DNA of 64,000 nt from Neodothiora populina. Taxonomy: Eukaryota. The position numbers and the translations under genes are program-made. Each line of letters begins with the position of its first letter. Position 1 is the first letter of the stretch. Below are positions 60,181 through 64,000 of this stretch, piece by piece. The notes under the pieces were generated by a model. It did not search any database. It saw only the letters and a program-made list of their open reading frames with translations, and was not told where the DNA came from. The DNA lies in contig NW_027191406.1 of assembly GCF_041146345.1 (NCBI RefSeq), positions 1,302,001 through 1,366,000 of the forward strand, in the 5' to 3' direction.

Positions 60181-61981
60181 ATGACGCTCTTTATCCTCAC
60201 CGAGACCAGCGCTGGTTATGCGCTTCTCAAGTCCAAGGACAAGAAGCTGCTCAAGCGTGAGAACCTGAGCAAAGACACCGAGACTGCTGAGGGTGTCTGC
60301 GAGCTGTACGCCTACTCTTTTCTTTGCTGCCATTGCCATGCTTGACCAGAAGAAAACTGACTCGTTGTTCTCCATCTCACAGTCTCAAGCTCAAGCAGTT
60401 CCAGAAGTTCGACAGCGCCGCAGCTGCTCTCAATGAAGCCGCCGCTTTGACCGATGGAAAGGTGCGTCTGTGGATCTACTGTCGTACGGGCTCGCGCTGA
60501 CAAGACACTCCCAAACACAGGTCACTCCCATGCTCGCCGGTCTCCTCGACTCCATCAAGGACGAGAAGAAGGTCTCTCTCGCCGTCGCAGACCCCAAGCT
60601 CGGCAACGCCATCAACAAGCTCCCTCAGTTCGACATGACTCCCATCTCCGACTCCACCACCGCCGACGTCTACCGCGCCATTCGTGAGCACCTCCCTTCG
60701 CTCATCCCCGGCCTTTTGCCCGAGGAGCTCTCCACCATGTCCCTCGGTCTCTCCCACTCCCTCTCCCGTCACAAGCTCAAGTTCAGCCCGGACAAGGTCG
60801 ACACCATGATCATCCAGGCCATTGCTCTTCTCGACGATCTTGACAAGGAGTTGAACACATACGCCATGAGAGTCAAGGAATGGTACGGCTGGCACTTCCC
60901 CGAGATGGCTCGCATCATCAACGACAACCTCGCCTACGCCCGTGTCATTCTGTCCATGGGTATCCGTTCCAACGCTGCCACCACCGACCTCACCGACATC
61001 CTCCCCGAGGAGATCGAGGGCGCCGTCAAGGCCGCCGCCGAGGTTTCCATGGGTACCGAGATCACCGACGAGGATCTCGAGAACATCCAGGCCCTCGCTG
61101 AGCAGGTCGTCGGCTTCACCGAGTACCGCGCCCAGCTGTCCTCCTACCTCACCGCCCGTATGCAGGCCATCGCACCCAACCTGACTGCCCTCGTCGGTGA
61201 GCTTGTCGGCGCCCGTCTCATCGCCCACTCTGGCTCGCTCATGAACCTCGCCAAGTCTCCCGCCTCCACCATCCAGATCCTCGGTGCCGAGAAGGCCCTC
61301 TTCCGCGCCCTCAAGACCAAGCACGACACTCCCAAGTACGGTCTCATCTACCACGCTTCGCTCATCGGCCAAGCCACTGGCAAGAACAAGGGTAAGATTG
61401 CCCGCATGCTCGCCACCAAGGCCGCTCTCGGTCTGCGTGTCGATGCCCTCTCCGACTGGGGCACTGGCGGTGAGTCCACCAGACCCGAGCCCTCTGACGA
61501 GGAGAAGATGGCCGTCGGTGTCGAGGGTCGTCTCCTGGTCGAGCGAAGACTCCGTGGACTCGAGGGCAAGCCCATCAAGAGCATGGGTGTCTCCATCGGT
61601 CCCCAGGGACAGACCCAGCCCGGAAAGTGGGAGGTCAAGGAGGCCAGGAAATACAACTCCGACGCTGACGGTCTTGCCGCCAACGCCCCCGCCGCCAAAG
61701 ACACAAATGGCACCAACGGCCTGATCCAGGAGGTCGAGATGAACGACGCTTCGTCCAGCGATGCCGACAGTGATGCCGAAGACGCCTCCAAGGCCGCCAA
61801 GAAGGCCGCAAAGGAGGCGAAGAAGGCAGAGAAGGCCGCAAAGAAGGCCGCAAAGGCTGCCAAGAAGGAGGCCAAGGCAGCAGAAGGCGACAAGGACTCG
61901 GGCAAGAAGAGAAAGAGAGACGGCGAGGCAGATGCCGACAAGGCCGAGAAGAAAAAGAAGAAGAAGAGCAAGTCGGAGTAG
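60181..61981 (+). CDS. NOP58: Nucleolar protein 58 (box C/D snoRNP)
   Basis: [17 protein letters not shown]; introns 60306-60382 and 60462-60520; [44 protein letters not shown] and a Lys-rich tail; strong codon bias. Confidence 0.97.
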
Positions 61982-64000
61982 AATGCTTGTCAGATCTCGT
62001 GGGCATTTCTTCCTGTCGACTTGACTCCACCACCTCTTTGTTCTCTTTCTTATTATGTTCCTACTGATCTGTAAAGCATGTTGATGGCATTCATGGTCAT
62101 GGCTCGGGGAGTTCTAGGCGAACCAATCTTTTCTGGACGATCGACGCGCTGCTTTTGTCCGGGCAGGCAGAGCGCGTAAAAATGTGTTTGTTTACTGTAG
62201 TGGGGCGTCTTCTTTCAAAAATTTCCACTTTGCTAGATATGGGAAGTTCATCTTCAATGTAGAGCTGTTGTATACCAGGCAACAATGAGAGAAAAATACT
62301 ACATCAAAACGCTCTGGCACTTTTTCTACTTTTCCTTGTGATGTTGTAACTTGCCTACCTACATTCTTGTTGCCAGTTAGGCAAGAATAGGGTGACCATC
62401 ATAACAGAGACGAGACAGAATGCAATGCACGCCTTGTCGGATGCTGTACCACTTGAAGCCATTCTCGATGACACTGCCTGCAGATCAAACAATCTTGGGA
62501 TAAGATTGAGTGAGACATGAAGTTATGCTCGTGCAGCGACACAAAAAATGCAGCAATAACAAAAGCAAGAATTCTGTCGCACTCTTTCATATTATTCCCG
62601 TCAAGTGTATCACCTGTTCTTATCTTTGCGGCCGGACGCCTGGCTTTAAGATTGGTGGCATGGAGATCGTATCAAGGACTCCCCAAGCCACGAACCCACC
62701 GTCTTAGAGTCCAAGCACATCTCGAACCGCTGAGGGCCCGGCGTAGCGTGTGATATGGAGATCCTCTCACGAACCAACCGAGGAACTGAACTTGCCCCAG
62801 ATCTAGTCATTGGCTCTTCACTTTGGCACCTACCATCCCATAGGTATACAACAAGCGACGATATATTATTGCGGGCTGAGGACCATGTCTCAGAATGGGG
62901 GAGTCCACTCTCCTCGCGAGGCGACTCTCGCTACCATGACCGCTTTAGTCCGACTTTTCCACCGGCCGATCAGTCCAGCCACTTCTGGTTACCATTATCG
63001 TTGCAGGTTGAGATCTATCAAGTGGAGCTAAACTTTCGATCCGACCGCATAGATCAGAATTGCTGCTTCTTGTCACGGGCACGTTTTCGGCTGCAGCCCC
63101 TCATCGAAGTGGAACAGCCTCTATATTAGCCACGAGGGACTCAGTCCGGCTCTGCAATGTGGAGACAAGCCATCCGCCGTGGGTAAGCGGTCAGAATTGC
63201 TTGAGGGGCTTGTTTCCTTGACGTTACACAGCGATGCAGCTTAGTCGAAAGGTCAAGATGGCAATTGAAAGAGCTTGCTGTCGAGCCATGCCATTGGCGC
63301 ATTGAACTGGACCTCTAGTTGAGCATACTATTTTCTTGAAGACTTGTAGCAATGAGTTCGAGTTCACAAAGCCTTGTCGATAGACCCGACACTTTGTGCG
63401 ACTTGTTTAGTTGTCGATCGACCTTGCATGGGAGCGCCAACCGAATTGCGCCTTGCTCTTGTCGGTGCCTCCGCAACCCGCTCACTCTGAACACTTCACC
63501 CACTCCGGTGGAGGCTCTAACAATCCAACGAACCGCGACCTTTTCAATATCAGCGCAACTGCCTATTCCTCCTTAGATCCTTCACGGAGCGCGGTTGATG
63601 TCGAGCTTATGTATGCAACCTATAGCGCCAAAGCTTCAACGGTTTTGGTCAAGGGTCGACATTCACGTCCGGTCGCTGCCCCGTCGCTGACGTCTTGTGT
63701 GTGAAGTGCCTCGTGGTGGAACGTTGCACACCTCTGCTTTAGTACGACACGCCGAGTCGCCATGTCGAGCACATGGTTCCGGCACAACGCAGATATCGTA
63801 CATCACCTTGCTTTGGCGTTTCCACTTTGCATAGAGACCAACCCCTCTTTTTGGATCTGCGGATCGGTGCAGAGCAGTCACGCCTGCGCTCAATCGCTCC
63901 AGATCATATATGAAAAGATGTTCTATTTCACTTTACTTGTACCCCAAATAGCGCGCAATTTCCGGGCCGTAGTGGCCTAGGCTTACCTTATCGAATGGGC

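Noticed and set aside
60476..61971. Long antisense ORFs (298 aa and 207 aa) opposite NOP58
   Set aside because: Expected shadow of strong C-ending codon bias in a highly expressed gene; no protein-like features.
1..64000. tRNA, rRNA, TPP riboswitch, transposon, RIP-like AT-rich block, CRISPR array, readthrough-derived PTS1
   Set aside because: No matching signatures found by eye; a tRNAscan/Infernal/RepeatMasker run would be needed to exclude them formally.

Overview
Gene-dense eukaryotic DNA from a filamentous ascomycete, inferred from short GT-AG introns with CTAAC/CTGAC branch points and Pezizomycotina-type genes (probably a Dothideomycete). About 22 protein-coding genes can be reconstructed by hand-splicing the ORF track: a partial SAM methyltransferase, a secreted PAN/apple-like protein, a Zn-cluster/homeobox/C2H2 transcription factor with an apparent frameshift, a PARP-E2 (UBE2Q-like) fusion, an AsaB/CmcJ-like oxygenase, a UBE2O-like E2, a GH64 glucanase, an MFS transporter, an arylsulfotransferase, a P-loop sulfotransferase-family protein, bleomycin hydrolase, a UBE2G1/Ubc15-like E2, GEN1/YEN1, a secreted aldose 1-epimerase, a COG7-like protein, RPC17, ARP10, NOP58 and several hypothetical proteins. 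I found no tRNA, rRNA, transposon or CRISPR feature by eye. Best leads: (1) the intact PARP6/8-like ADP-ribosyltransferase-E2 fusion; (2) the transcription factor split at an ATGA stop/start overlap; (3) a co-oriented MFS + arylsulfotransferase + sulfotransferase trio whose long intergenic regions carry recurrent TACWGTA and strand-biased GGTAAGGT motifs. All family calls come from motif recognition, not database searches.
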